64,000 bases of DNA from Antedon mediterranea (Eukaryota; Animalia; Echinodermata): positions 28,892,001 to 28,956,000 of the forward strand of contig NC_092674.1 in assembly GCF_964355755.1 (NCBI RefSeq), written 5' to 3'. Numbering within the stretch: the stretch's first letter is position 1; each line of letters starts with the position of its first letter. The notes beneath the pieces are model-generated. The model was not told the DNA's origin and searched no databases. It worked only from the letters and a program-made list of their open reading frames with translations. Below are positions 26,434-41,200 of the stretch, in pieces. The position numbers and the translations under genes are program-made.

Positions 26434-27531
26434 AAAAAAAAAATCGCGGGCCGGCTGAACCCCCGGACTACATTGCATCGAACATTGACCTAAGCTACAA
26501 CCTACTATAAACTGTAGGCCTATTTATTATAATGGCAAAACATACTAATAATAACACTAATAGAAGGCCAATCATAACTAAATCAACGTATCCGAATATG
26601 AGTAAGGTTCCAAATTAAAGATGTTTTTAGAAATTTACCCCACATTTCTATCTGCACGCTTCCTAAACGAGTTTGGAGGAAAACAAGATACGGTCATGGA
26701 CGATGTATGAATCAATGCATTATAATATCCGTAACACCCGCATATTTTTGTCAATTTTGTGTAAGTGTCAACGACAATTTAACTTTAATTTGAAGCTGCC
26801 TACAGAAGTACATTAAAAAGCATTTAATGTCAAGCGTCAGATGTAGGGCAAACGGCAAACGGGGAAAAATATCCGACCAAACAATTTATTACATAGTAGA
26901 TCGACTGTATTTAGCCTGAACCAGCATACAGCTATAACATAAAAAATCTGTATATGTACTGGCGGCAGTACGGAGAGTGGGTGGGTTATTAACCATGGAC
27001 ACATGAATGTTGTTATTCTATTGATTCTTCTTCATCTAATTATAAGGATAAAGTTGGTTAACAAATTTAGAGTTAAAATACAAGGCCGGTGCGGAAGAGA
27101 ACTATTGGTAATCTTAGGTCCTGGATTTCGGTTATCTAGGTTTCGTGACACCCGAATGTGGTGTACATGGGTTAACGTAGATCAGATCAGGTGGGAACAT
27201 GCGGGGTGTGGGCATGAAGAGGAGGGATACAGAATTGAGCAATATATTAAATAGTACAACATAATTCCAGCTTCCTGAGTTTCACAATACCGAAGCTGAG
27301 TGGGTAACGAACGACACACATAATTATGAAATAAAATAATATTCGACTCGTGGCACGTCCACCAATGTCACAACCACAATGCTTATTGTAAAACGACCTT
27401 GTTTACCGAAAGGTACAAGTGAAACACGAGAAATATTTCAATTAGTCATTCTACTGTTCAGTAGGAAGACACGCGTGGTTGTGTAAACACGGGCTATCGC
27501 ACGCTTATCGGCAATCAAATATGTGTATTTT

Positions 27532-27687
27532 TCTGTCTACACTATCAAACTAGTTTGAAAAAAGGTGTGATGTGCCCAAATATGGTAGTGAAATGCTTAA
27601 ATATGGTAGTGATATGACATCGTCATGTCCATATTATATATGAGCACATCACATTTTTTGTCACATAAAGTTTGATAGTGTAGACGC
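27532..27687. mobile_element. MITE family A copy
   Basis: Family A TIR and core. Confidence 0.8.
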
Positions 27688-29005
27688 ATACTTCTATATT
27701 CGCCAATTTCGACAATGAACGCGACATCTACATGTAACCACATAATTTATTTTGATGGAAAAAAAAATGTGCATCGTATAGGACGCATCTACGCGGCGCC
27801 TTGATCGTCGCGCAAAACTTACGGCACGTATGGGGCGCCATAAACAGCAAAGGTATGTTAAGTGTTACGTTTGTTGCGTATGAGTCTCATAAACAGTAAC
27901 ACGCTCAAAGCAAACACGTTTCTTGTTTGTTGGACATTGCCCTCTAAATGTCGTATCGTATAGGCCTAATAGGAAAACCTGCCTTTGTTGTTATTACTGA
28001 GTATCTGTCGCACACATGATGTGAAGTGTTTGTTATTGTATACACATCAGGCAGACGACCTTAGGTACAATGACACCATTTCATTTTGCCGCGGTTCTTA
28101 CACACGTTTTTTCGTATCATTTACAGTTCCCAAACTCAAAATTACCATGGTAAACGATGCGTCCTTTTTACTCATTTTATCAGCAAAATATTACGGTATA
28201 CTTATGCTATACCAACAATTTACATTCTTTAATTCTTTAAATTTTGGAATTAAATTAGTGTTACTGTATTAATAAATTAATATCGTTTCTCACGGAAGTG
28301 TCCGCTGAAAGGTGTGTCCCCTGCTGAATAGAGGCGTCGTTATTATAAACGGGAAAGTATCTTATTTTTACTTATTAAAGTATGTCCCTTAATTATCGTA
28401 GGGTGCCACAAAGAATGAGGTGGGGGGGGGGGGGGGGGTTGTTACTGCAAGGCAAGTATAGGCCTAAACCTATCTATTATGATTTGATTTTAACATTGCA
28501 AATAAGATTTGAAAAAATACACTGTACATAGATTATAAACTACTGTACTGTACACCGTAGGACTATGAAACTGTGGCCTTTGTATAAGTTGGGAATGAAC
28601 TTGCGAACAATCTATCAAACGTTGGTTAGCCTAGATATTGCAATTAATAACCGCATTTTCCTTCGTACACAAGCGCGTCTCGAGGTTCTTGACCGTAGAG
28701 GTGGTCAACATTGTTTTTGAGCTCTCCTGTTTTTATTTACGTTTCAAGTTTAAACAGAGAAAGTATACGAGATATGTGACAATTAATTGTCATGTTATGT
28801 TACACTTAAGATAAGATTATATAATTATTGTTAATTAAACACGATCTTTAATTTCCGTGACGCAAACGGTTCAATACCACGTGATAATACACTGCTTACG
28901 TTGATTTCAAGAGACAATTTAATTAAAATCATCTCTCGTGAAATATTATGGAAAAGAAGGTATTGTCGACTCCAATTAGGAAGTGACTGAAGAATGTGGA
29001 CCCTA

Positions 29006-29141
29006 AGCTCTGTCTTCACTATCAAACTATGTTACAAAATGTGATGTATGTACATATATGGACATGATGATGTCATATCACTACCTTATTTGGGCAAATC
29101 ACACTTTTTTGTCAAACGAGTTTGATAGTGTAGACAGAGCT
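29006..29141. mobile_element. MITE family A copy
   Basis: AGCTCTGTCTTCACTATCAAAC...GTTTGATAGTGTAGACAGAGCT. Confidence 0.85.
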
Positions 29142-29424
29142 TATATTTAATTTAGTGGCCCATTAGTCACGTCAGGGAATGCCTCTTATTCAGAGGCCGC
29201 CCTATTAAAGGGAAACTTTCCCAAAACGGTGGAGAAACACTGTATGGTTTTAATGCCACGGTCAATTTCTATTGGAATGGCGCAAAATTAACAAATTCGT
29301 AACATATTTTTTAATGAAATATGTTTAAAAACACGTAGAGCAGAAGATCGTAAAGTCAACTCAAAACGTAATAATCCACAAGAAAGCATAAAAGCGGTTG
29401 TTTTTACGACAATTTAAAAAAATA

Positions 29425-29547
29425 AAAAACATGGCCATATACATAGCTGCAGTCGCGTGCTTAAATTTGAGTTAGTGTTTACCGACCGACCGACCACCAA
29501 CCGACCAACATAGTGAACTGTAGAGTCGCGTTTTCACACGACTAAAA
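29425..29547 (-). mobile_element. Short Helentron-associated (HINE/DINE-1-like) element
   Basis: The reverse complement reads TTTTAGTCGTGTG..CGACTCTACAGTTCACTATG(GTCG)n..GCACGCGACT..GGCCATGTTTTT, the same family as 29588-30388. Confidence 0.65.
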
Positions 29548-29587
29548 CATGCTTAGCTGAGATTTTGAATGCAATCATCGACCCTTG

Positions 29588-29652
29588 TTTTTAGTCGCGT
29601 GGAAGCGACTCTATAGTTCACTATGTCGGTCGGTCGGTCTGTCTGTCTGTCG

Positions 29653-29687
<35 letters not shown>

Positions 29688-30388
29688 GGTCCGGTATCAC
29701 TATGCGTTTTATCGCTTTATGACCTTATCTTGATATCAGTTTAATCTAGCTAAATCAATTTTTCACAGAATATTCCTTATGGCCAGGAATCGATGTGGTT
29801 ATGATTTCACGGTGCGCAATAAAAAATTACGCGGTCTACGCACGATTTAACGAAATCACGTTTGTAATCATATCTTAACAACCATGAATCACAATTAAAT
29901 AAAATTTGGTACTCATAAATTTCAGGGCATAAATCATCATATGGCAATACAATTACGTGCGTAGCGCATGTAACGCATGCGTACGCGCGCCTAAAATTTT
30001 CAAAATTTATTTTCGATAAAATAAGAGTACGTTTCAGGCAATTTTAAGCGTTTACAAAATTGCCATGAGTGCGCAGATTTTTGCGCGCGCACTGCGCGTT
30101 AAATGTTATTGCGCACTCTTTTTGCCCGATTTCTGTTTTCTTGACTTACTTTTCAACTCGAAATTACGTTATACGAGCACGTCAAAGGTGACAGGCTACG
30201 CACGTGTAAATTAAAAAAATATAAATGTTTTTAAACATTTCAACATTTTTAAACATGTTCAGTAATTTCGGTCAGTATAGTTCACTATGTCGGTCGGTCC
30301 GTCTGTCTGTCGGTCGGTCTGTTTGTCTGTCGGTCCGGTATCACTATGCATTGTAGCACGCGACTTAATGGCTGTTGGCCTTGTTTTT
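29588..30388 (+). mobile_element. Non-autonomous Helentron-associated (HINE/DINE-1-like) element
   Basis: T-run ends, subterminal IR AGTCGCGTG / CACGCGACT, 5' hairpin AGTCGC..GCGACT, (GTCG/CTGT)n microsatellite, duplicated core TAGTTCACTATGTCGGTC..CCGGTATCACTATGC, 3' hairpin GGCTGTTGGCC then TTGTTTTT. Confidence 0.75.
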
Positions 30389-32250
30389 TCATCAATTTGG
30401 TTTCAATTTATATTTATAGTCTATAACAGGCTATAACCCCGGATGTATTGATATAATGAATAAATATGTAATTTAGATTATTGCCAAAAAAATCGTTTTA
30501 TAAACTTTTGAATTAGACTTACTAAAAGATAAACGATACTGAGAATTGCTGAGTTTTATCCATCTCAACAAATCTTGTTTGAATTTAATCCTATTACGAG
30601 GAAAACGGAGTAGTGAGCTGCTATTGAACTCCAAAAGTTAAAAAAGAAGGTAAATTAATAAAAAGACAACAAATCATATTGTTTATCCAATATAAATAAT
30701 CACGTGATGATTTAATTAATGTTTATATACAATAGGATAACAATTTTATTTTTATAATACGATTTCAGGTATAAATGCAAAGTTGGATTGTGTCTAAATC
30801 ATTCTATTGCAGTAATATTTGATTTTAGTTTCAATGTAGAAGTCAGTGCAACAAACAAAAAGATTGTGATATAAATGCAGTTACCGCAGTATAATACATT
30901 TGACACGATCCTTTACGAATTAACAGTATACAAAATAATATACAACGTTATGGTATTTTACTTATTATTGGAATGCTAATTTACTATAATAATAATAATA
31001 ATATACTAACAATTTTTACAGTACCTATTTGGCAGTAGAATTTAGTTGTTACTATGTACAGCTGTTTCTCATTATGTATTTAAAATATTACAATACCATA
31101 GGCAACATCCATGATACAGCATGACATGTGAAGCCTGTGTCATAATCTAACCCTTAACCATACATGCTTCACAAATAATTATGCTGTATTATGGAATTTG
31201 ACATGGAAAAAAATTGTCATATGTGGAAACACAGTACTGAAAAATGATGGATATACTGCAGTACCTAAGACCCTAAGCTAAGAGTTATACCACAATTACT
31301 GTATTTAAGTTCGTAAGAGGACTTCCTGAACGCTATTGACACAAGCGGATGCAAGTAATTGTACACAAAAGTGACTCACGAGAAGCCTTGCCCTCTCCTC
31401 GATGCAGCATCTCAACAAGGGTTGTTTATGGAAAAAACCCAAGAGGTGAATCGGTCAAAAGTGGATCAATCAGAAAGAGGCAGTGTTATGTTGAAAACAA
31501 TAATATAAGGGACCATGTCACAATTATTCTACTGCAGTTACTGCAGTAACTTTAAGCCAGTTTATGTAATTATTTAGCAAGAATTTTAATGTGGGTAATA
31601 CCTGCCTCATAAACTTCTACTTTGAAACAAATTAAAAAGTTAGCAAAAAGAAATGACAAAAGAATTACTATAGGTTTTAACAATAAAACAATAAAATTTA
31701 AATTATTACTATCAATATTATATAATAATGGCAATAACATATAACAGCCATTGCAATTGAGGTTTGTTAAAGAAAAAATGATATAAATAATAAGTATACA
31801 AAGAAACGAATAAAAAAAATTAATATTGTTATTTCAGGAAAGCTAACTTTGGATTTTGATGTCTACGTTCGGAGGAAATCTCGCCATAACTGATGTCGTG
31901 TTAATCCACAAGAAGGGGTCGCTGCACGGAGCCAATTTTCTACCTAATTTTGACGCAAACAAGGAATTAAAATTTTTGTTACGATGACCTACTAAACTGG
32001 TCACGCGTATCCAAAACACAGAGTATGTTTTGCAGAGACCTGAAACAGACGCAAATTGCAAACACATCCAGATTAATTCACAGTAATTCAATAAATGATA
32101 ACAAATTGTGGCTATTTTTAGATATAGGAGTAAGTGAATGACAAATAACATTGCAAATGTCCATCAGCAAGGTTTCCAATTATAATTTGTCAGTTCGATC
32201 CCCCTTTTTTTTAACGAACCCAAATACTACTCCTGTCGCACATTATTTTT

Positions 32251-35200
32251 TTACGAACCACACATTAGACAGTCATCACGGTTCTGTAGAGAGCACGCCA
32301 TAGCAGCCATGTTTTCCGTTTTTGATTTTTCGTTCGTTTTGGTGCCTAGCGATTCTTTGTTTAGGGTAAATTTGATTGGATCGGCTGCTGGTCTTGTTCG
32401 TAGATAGTACATTCCCGTCTTCAAACCCTAAAAAAAACCCAAATTATTGAAAATTGTATCAATATAATGAAAGCATAGCAGAGGTCAATCGAGTAATATT
32501 ATTATCAATATATTGTTTACAAACTCCTTACAAGTTACTTTGCGAAAACAAGTATTGAATTTTAGTCGACAGATAATTTGTCATTTGTACAACAGGATGA
32601 TTTATCAAGCAAAACACATAATAACCTTCTTTCCCAGCTGCCTTTCTATCTGAAATTCAAAACATGATAGCCAAAAAAAAATCTGTTTTTTTATATCTTA
32701 TTACAAATTATCAATTTACTAAAGTGTCTACGACTAAAAAATCAATCTAGATTCTGAAATGTTCAAGTTCAATTTAAAATATTTTTCCTTTCACTTTAAA
32801 AATAACACAATAATAAAATGCCGACTCAATTCTTAGAATTTCAGAGAAAATTGTACGTTAACAAATCTTTCCGCTTCTATTGTAAACAGTTGATATATTT
32901 TTCACAAAAACAAACGCAAACATTAACCGCCTGACAAGATACGCCTGGTGCAGAACGTTGGTCGCTTATGGAATTAATTTACTACCGAAAATAACAATTT
33001 ACATAGTATTTAGTAGCAACCTGTTGTGATCTTAGAATGGGTATGTAACGGAGACAGCAGATTTGTTTTGCTAGTTTCAACCAAAGATGTTGTGGATGTT
33101 TTAATCAGCTGAACTTCCTGCTAGGTGACAGATCGAGAATCTTCAATAACACGAAAACATATCACGAACCAAGTACGCAGCATGGCTTATTCACATCCCT
33201 AATTATGAATACATTTACGCAAATTGCAAGTGTTTGATGTGTAATTGTTTATTCCTGTGGGTAGTGGTGACCCGTCCCTCTGGGAGTGACAAAAGGGGAA
33301 AGGTAAAACCTTGTAATTGTATTAATTAGTAGTTATTGATTAATTAAATCTTTCCTTCTTAGTTTTGGTGTCTAATTACTGTGAGAATCTCTATGAGCCA
33401 ATCCACTTTAAGCTGTCAAAACTATCAAACTTGTTTGACAAAAGAAGTGTGATGCCCATATATGGTAGTGATATGTTCAAATATGGTAGTGATATGACAT
33501 CATGTTCATATATGGGCACATCACATTTTTGTGTCACATAAAGTTTGATAGTGTAGGCAGAGCTTTAGTCTGTGGCATACTTTCTTTTAATTTTACAATT
33601 CAATGGGTTTTTTTTTAAATGTATTTGTATAGTATAATGATTAAAGATTATGAAATAAATTTATAAATCATAATGACAAATTATTGATAGATGAATATTC
33701 ATGACTCTACTAAAATCAAATAGATTTTATGTGTAGTACCATTGATATTTTTCCAACACTTTTATAATAGAAAAAGCCCAGTCTGGGATTATTAAGCCCA
33801 TATTGAAATTAGTACAGTATATACATTATACTAATATTAAAGGGGAAATGCTGTATACATTTTGCTCTTTGACAGTAGAGGGTCTGGCTGCACTAGCTGA
33901 TCTCAGATCCTAATGTTTTATTAAATAACTTAAATCTATGAGTTTAAAATTTAATTTTTCTTAAATTATTATTGAAGAATTTTTGTTTGTTTGTAATCTC
34001 TCGGTTAGTTTAACAATGTGGTGTAGATATTGTATATGAAGAGAAATTATTAATTTAACATTTAATTTTCTGTTTCATAATCATTTTAAATTGAGTATTA
34101 CATCCAGTACAGTAACAAATTCTATTAAAAAGTTAAATATTTTTTTTATAAAATGGGTCAGCATGCAGATATTTGTCATGATAAAACAGGAAATAAGAAA
34201 GAGACAAACACTAATTTATTTGACTTAAGTTTTTTCATGGAATAAGATTTTAAAACTCAGTAAAAATCTGGATTTAATAAGCTCCGTAAACTGGCTATGG
34301 ATAAATAGTGGCTATCATTCGTAATTTCTACTGATGTCACATTTACGATCGATTGGTTGAAAACAAAATAACACAATTTATATAACATTTTTAATGGATC
34401 TTTCTATTTTGATCTAGAATGGGTCAATTCTATTCTAGATCACAATATCATTGTATAGTTAATATAATTACTAATAATAACACAGGCCTAAATGTGGAGT
34501 TCATACAGTTTCTATACTGGTGTGACCCAATTTCATGTTCAGGTCAAAGTGTAAAGTTCACTACTAACAGTACAAATAAATGGTGTGTCTGATCATTAAA
34601 GAAATCGGTACTTCTTGCCAAGTTAAAGCAAAAACAACAAGTTTAATACAACCCTTGCCAAATTGTATACTACTGATTCAACCACATTTCTAACTCCTCA
34701 ATACTGTAGTTAAACTTAAAACATTTGTTATTAACCACATTCGCAACCTGTACAAATGTGTAGAGTTCGATTAACTTGCAACAAGTAACTGGATTTAAAC
34801 AAGGGATGTTTATCAATATGAAATGAAAGTTATAAAGATTTCCTTTGTGTTTTAAATGACACATTACAAAACTTAGGACCAGAAAGCGGGATGTGCAAAG
34901 TACTGAAGTTGGCACCCACTGTAAAGCTCTGTCTACACATTAATCTTTAAGTGACTTTAATGTGCCTATATATGGACATGGTGATGTCATATCACTACCA
35001 TATTTACGAATATCATTACCATATTTGGGCACATCACACTTTTTTTGTCAAACTAGCTTGATAGTGTAGACAGAGCAAAAGAAAAACTACTATAATTTTT
35101 AAACATACTGTAGGCCTACTGCAAACTTTATATCAAACTGACTATCAGCAATTTGTATATAACATAGATGAGAACAAAATAAAGAGTTAAGCTCTGTCTA

Positions 35201-38200
35201 CACTATAAAACTACTGTAGTAGTGTAATGTACCTAAATATGGTAGTGATATGGATATCATCATGTCCATATATGTCTTATTTGTCACATAAAGTTTGATA
35301 GTTTAGACAGAGCTTTATGGAGTCAACTTTTTATGAAAATTACAGACAACTTTAGTGAACTAACAAGGTTCAGACAAAATGCCTAATGTCTATTATTGAA
35401 CATTTAGAAATAAACAACTTATGTTGTTGTAAGTGAATGGGTAAAACAAAATAAGAAATTACATTAGGAGTTAATATGTTTCAAAACAGGATAAAAACAC
35501 ACTTGAACATTATTAAATAATTAAGAGTTGAAAATAAATATTTCTAAACAGGGAGGATTTGCAATTTGTTTATAATTTTATATGAAGTGCAATAGGATGT
35601 GTTTTATCTGTATTTTAAATGATGTATTTTATCTGTATTTTTATATATTATGTGAATTTTTAACTTTAAACAACCGAAAATAATTTCAAACCATGTACTA
35701 TATATTACTGTGTTTGAATCGATCATGAATACTGAATAGTATATATTCTCCTCTTTTAAAAATAGACCTTCTTTCACAATATTGACAAACTATTGAAAAT
35801 GTGGCTAATTGCAGTTCACACACAAACACCAATAGAAAACAATCAAAATAGACCATTAGTAATTGCCATTAAGTTCATACTTCTAAATGGAGCAGTTGCA
35901 ATTTTGTTTACAATTTCAAATGAAGTGTGCATAGTTACTAAAAATAGACCTTCATTCACACTATCAATGAGAAAAATATTATTGTACAACATAAACATTT
36001 GGCTATTTTTGAAATATACATTCTTTCACACTATTGAAAACAATATTATAACAAACATTGGGTTAATTGCAGTTCACACACAAACGCTTGCCAAGAAAAA
36101 CAACCTAAAATAGTACATTAGTAATTGTCATATAGTCTACAATTCAAAAACAATTAAAAGTAAATAAAGCAATTGGTTACCAAAACCCTGATTGACCTCT
36201 CAACAATATTAGATTTCCTATTTCAGTCGTGTTTTAAGTTTACGATAAAAAACATATTTTGGACTAGAGGATATAAAAACATGGTCCCTGGAAAACAGCT
36301 CAGGAAATTGAATTACACAGCCTTTAGATAAAAAGTTAACATAGCAACGATGACCAGACAACGATGGGATGTTTTGATGTGCTTAAGGGCCTTCACTTGA
36401 GGCAAGAAAGGCCTCAATAACCGGGGTGTGATAAAAACAATTTATATATTTATTATATAATATTTTTCCACAAATCATGATCACCATGAATGATTTTGCT
36501 TTTTTTTTCTTCAAAACACAAACAAGTATTATATACTGAATACAAACTTTGTACCCTTGCAAAACTTACACACTGGTCTGTCAACACAGTGTTTTGTATG
36601 GTGTGTGTGTAAAGACCAGAGTTTACACACTGGTGCGTCAACACCTGTGTTTGTACGGTGTGCACTCATGTGTGTGTGTTAACTCTAATGTGAAAGGGGC
36701 ATTATTATTATTATTATTATTATTATTCACTTTTATTTCAAATATCAAAAAATTGACCAAAGTATGACCAGCTGTTGTTGAATTTCAAATTTGGTGGTTT
36801 AAAAGTATGATTCCAGCTACTGGCTAAACCCAGGTCTCAGAGTATAAGGGCTCCAGAGCATGAGTAGCCCCAATGCAATTACCCAGCTTTGGAGGGTCCC
36901 TTAGGTAGGAGTGTTATTTATGAATACTTATTTTATAAGATTGTAAATTTAATATAAAAAATTGAACCTACCATAAAGCAAAAGGTCTTTGAAATATTAT
37001 AAAACTTACCGATTTCCATGCATAGAAATGCATACTACTCATTTTGCCATAGTTAGGCTCAGCTATATGTACATTTAGTGACTGGCTCTGATCAATGTAT
37101 GCTCCTCGATCAGCGGCCATTTTGAGAATGGTCTTCTGGGATATCTCCCACACTGTTTTATACAGTTTCTTCAAATCATCCGGTACCTCTTCTAAGGACT
37201 AAACATACAAAAAAAAATTGATTAAAAAATAACTGTTTCTAGAAACATATAGTAGAAAATTCTTGTTTTTGAACAGTTTCATAGGCAAATTCTGTGATAC
37301 TTTAGCACATATGTATCATATGGAATGACTGTATCATATCATACAACACTGTATACAGTAGGTAATACCAAAGAATATATATCACAAGAATGAGTAATCC
37401 GCGATTTTCCCTGTAACAGTAATATTGTCCATGTGGTAGGGCGCCGCCATAAGTGTGGATGTATCTGGGATGTATACAACTTTTTGTGAAGGTTTCACTA
37501 ATCAAATGCTGGACCACCGGAGTATTTTCCGATGATAAAAATGTTATCAACTACATGCCAACATCATGTTAAATACTATTTGAATATTTAATTGTTCGTT
37601 TTATGCAATTTATTTAGTAAAAACTGCCGTATAAACAGTTTGATTTATCAACCGGGCGCTACGATAGCGTGACCGGGCGTGTTGGTGTTTACGCGTTTTC
37701 ACGAAGGATAGTTTAATAATATTCCTATATTTAACTTGTTTCTGGTAAAACAAATAAATGTAATGACATTTAACATTTTCTCCTATTAATAACATGCGTT
37801 TTATACTAATTTATATCATAAAAACAATACTTAATTTTCCGGGCGTACAGTAGTACACGGCAATGGTAAAGAATAGGCCGTGCTGAGTAATATTCGTTGA
37901 TTTTTGGTGTTGCTGTGTTAGGCCTTTTTTGTGAACTAACTTAGCATGTTAGTAAATAATTGTCTGTAAAAGTGAATAAACACTAGTTTGTTAATAAATA
38001 TGTATTATAAAATAGTTTACAATTGCAAAAACTATCATCATAATTCTATTTAATGTGACATGTATCATGTCTATTAAATTAAGTCTTATTTAGTATTTAT
38101 ACATCCGCCCTTATGAGGGCGGGCATCACTCACTGGAGCTCTCTGTTACAAATTTCTCATGCAAAAATCGCGGAATACTCATTCTTGTGATATTATATTC

Positions 38201-41200
38201 TTTGGTAATACAGAAATTTCCAATGACACTGGCCACATGGGAAGATGCAGTAACTACTTTACTGAGGCTAGGCTAGTTAGGTTTACCATCATTTCTGGTC
38301 TCTTCAAAAGGCACTTCATTTGCTTGATATATATTTTTATATCATAAAAAATCATCATGATAAATATATAATCTAAAAATGTATGCATCGGAATTCATCA
38401 ATCAACACAAACGGAACAGAGCAGCAAAATACATGATTCACAGAGTGTAGTCCATCAAAAATCTGATAAAATCCGCAGAGAACCCACTTGGGAGAAAAGA
38501 ATTAGTAGAAGTTTATTGAATTGAATTATAAATGTGTTTGTGTTGCAGTCGTGGTGTTGTATCGCATGTCAAAATAAGTTAGTATTAATATTGTTTTTGA
38601 TACCAGGCAGTAACATGATGGAAGAACTCAATTCGTGTTGGTTAGGTAGTGCCTTTGTATTGTGCACAGTATGTGTTAAAAAGCTGGGTAATGTCAACAA
38701 ATTCTTACAAGATATATTGCACGTCACTCTACTCTATTGATGATTAAATCATCAGTATTGAGTGAGTCTACTTCTGTATACTTAATACCCTCAATAAAGC
38801 TCTGTCTACACTATCAAACTTTATGTGACAAAAAAATATGATGTCCCCATAATATGGACATGATTTGAGTATTATATATCACTGCCATATGAGCATATCA
38901 CTACCATATTTAGGCACATCACCCAAACTACAGTAGCTTGATAGTGTGCAGACAGAGCTTAACTCTCTCCCAAAACCAGACCTTTCCTGAGATCCAAAAT
39001 ATTTTGTTTTCTATTAAAATGAGAATATAAGACATTTTGAAAAACCAGACATATTAAGCAAGGCAGATGTTGTTGAGAAAGTTGACTGTACTACCAAACT
39101 ACTAAATAAAATGTTTCTAAAATTATTCTATAAAAATAAATGGACCGTCACACCCAGTCATTCTATTTTGAGGATTTGAAAAGTACTTGTATATTGACAG
39201 GATAATTAGTAAGTGTTCCAATATAAAATGTCCTTCAAAAATCTACAATAGGATATTACAATTATTTCCACTAATTGCTTTAATTTTTACAAGTTTAGGG
39301 ACCAGATGCCAAAATAATTCTACTGCAGCAACTACATGTTTTACTGCAATAACTTTTACAAATAAATATTTATTATATTATCTATATTGTTTAAAGGTTT
39401 GCATTGCAAATGTTGATACGAAGTTAGTGGTACACCACATGTATAGTTGAATTGTTGAGTTTCTCGATGTTTCAATCAATTTTCTTTGATCGTCTTCAGG
39501 AGCCTTCAAATAGTAGCTTAGTATTACCAAAAAAAATAATTATACATATCTGTTTATACTACTTATGTGCAATATATTCGTTTTATACATTCCAGTAGCG
39601 CTAGAGATGTACATTTTTATCTACCACTATCAAATATTTGCTAAGTTCCGTAGCAAAATGATAACCCAACTAGCAAGGGGTTTCCTTTTTTAAATATTAA
39701 ATAATTCTACAAAACTTGATTAAAGAAATTGAGAGTTTAAGTACCTTTTGCAAGATTAAAAAATAACTAATTAAACAAATTTGTAATCAAATTTAGCTAG
39801 TTTTGAAATTTTCAACTAGTTATTATGAAAAATCTATTAGCAAATTGCTTGTTTTTTTTATACTCTGGTATTTTTCTGTATTTTGTAGTAAATCATGATG
39901 ATTATAATGTGTCAACAAGCAAAATTTCATATCTCAGGTTGTAAGAGTCAATAATAAAGTTTACTTTTAAGTTTAAGAGTTGGTTGAAGGTTCCAGACAA
40001 TATCAATCAAATTTAAAAGTCATTTGAAAAAGCTGACCTGACATAATTTCATTTGGATCGCTCCGGATCAAAACAAGGTGCGTCCTCACGTAGCCTGTGG
40101 CATCAAAACTTAGCGAGACGTTAAAACCAGGAAATTCACATGATTTGCAATAGAAGTAACGTCAAAATGTTGTGACATGAAGTTGTTTTTCCTCCAAATG
40201 TAAAAATCATTATTTTTAGATTTTACCGTGCATTTTAATTCTACAATTTTTCAGTTGATTTAGTTTTTAAATTGAATGATAAAATTAAATCTTTAAAAAC
40301 TATTCATGTTGAAACAGCAATAATTTATTTGGGGGGTTTTTAACCTAAACTGGTTAAAATCAATGAATGGCAACATGCCAGGCAAAACAGCCTATTGGGA
40401 GTGACATGATTTCCAGGCACTTGGGTTATACCCAATGCTTCAGGAAAATGTCAAGCAAAACAAAATAGAGGACCTTGATATCAAAGCAAATGTGTGATTG
40501 ATAGCAATTCTACTTCAGGGGATCTAGTCTAGAAACTACAACATTATAGGGATATAGCCATAACTATAATAGCAAATATGATAGAAATTCAATTTGATAA
40601 GGGATCTAGCCTATATACTGTAACTTTAATAGCTAAGGTGAATACAGGTGTGGATGTTAACTGTACTGTACTTGCGAGTTTTTGCATGTTAATGTAACTA
40701 CTGAGGAAATAGCTGGGTAAAAACACTCCTTTCCAGTACAATTTCTGTAACAATTAGCCCAAAACAATAAGCATGGTTTGAATAATACTATAAATAATAA
40801 TTACTAGCACAATGATTTACAATCTTTAGCCTCCAAAACTGCAATTTCTCAGAGACTATATTTATCATACATCCATTACAACATTATGCCAAATATAGTT
40901 TGTAATTAAATAATTTAATCGGAAAAATTGAAATACAATTATAAAATTTACTAAAAATCAATCATTAATACGCTTATCTTACATTAATAGCCTATAATAA
41001 TAATAATAATAGACATTTGCATCTATAAATAAATCAGTGTCCTCTTGGTAATGACCATACAAGGAATGAAGCCAAAGTGCGAGCTTACTAGGCTGACATT
41101 AACAAAGCCACATATTATACAAGTGGTTTTAGATTGTATTGTAATTTGTGGTCATGTAGCGAGTTCTAAATTGCTATGCCCTTGTATGAATACAATATAA

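Noticed and set aside
31843-32253. RRM1 readthrough/selenocysteine extension or downstream 102-aa ORF
   Set aside because: The stop is TAA after the canonical CLMCGS terminus, there is no in-frame TGA, and the downstream ORF is presumed 3' UTR with no recognisable motif
40040-40096. 57-nt candidate poison exon in RRM1 intron 15 (- strand, CACAG|...CAG|GTCAGC)
   Set aside because: Splice signals are only moderate and such matches are expected by chance in a 6-kb intron; no supporting evidence
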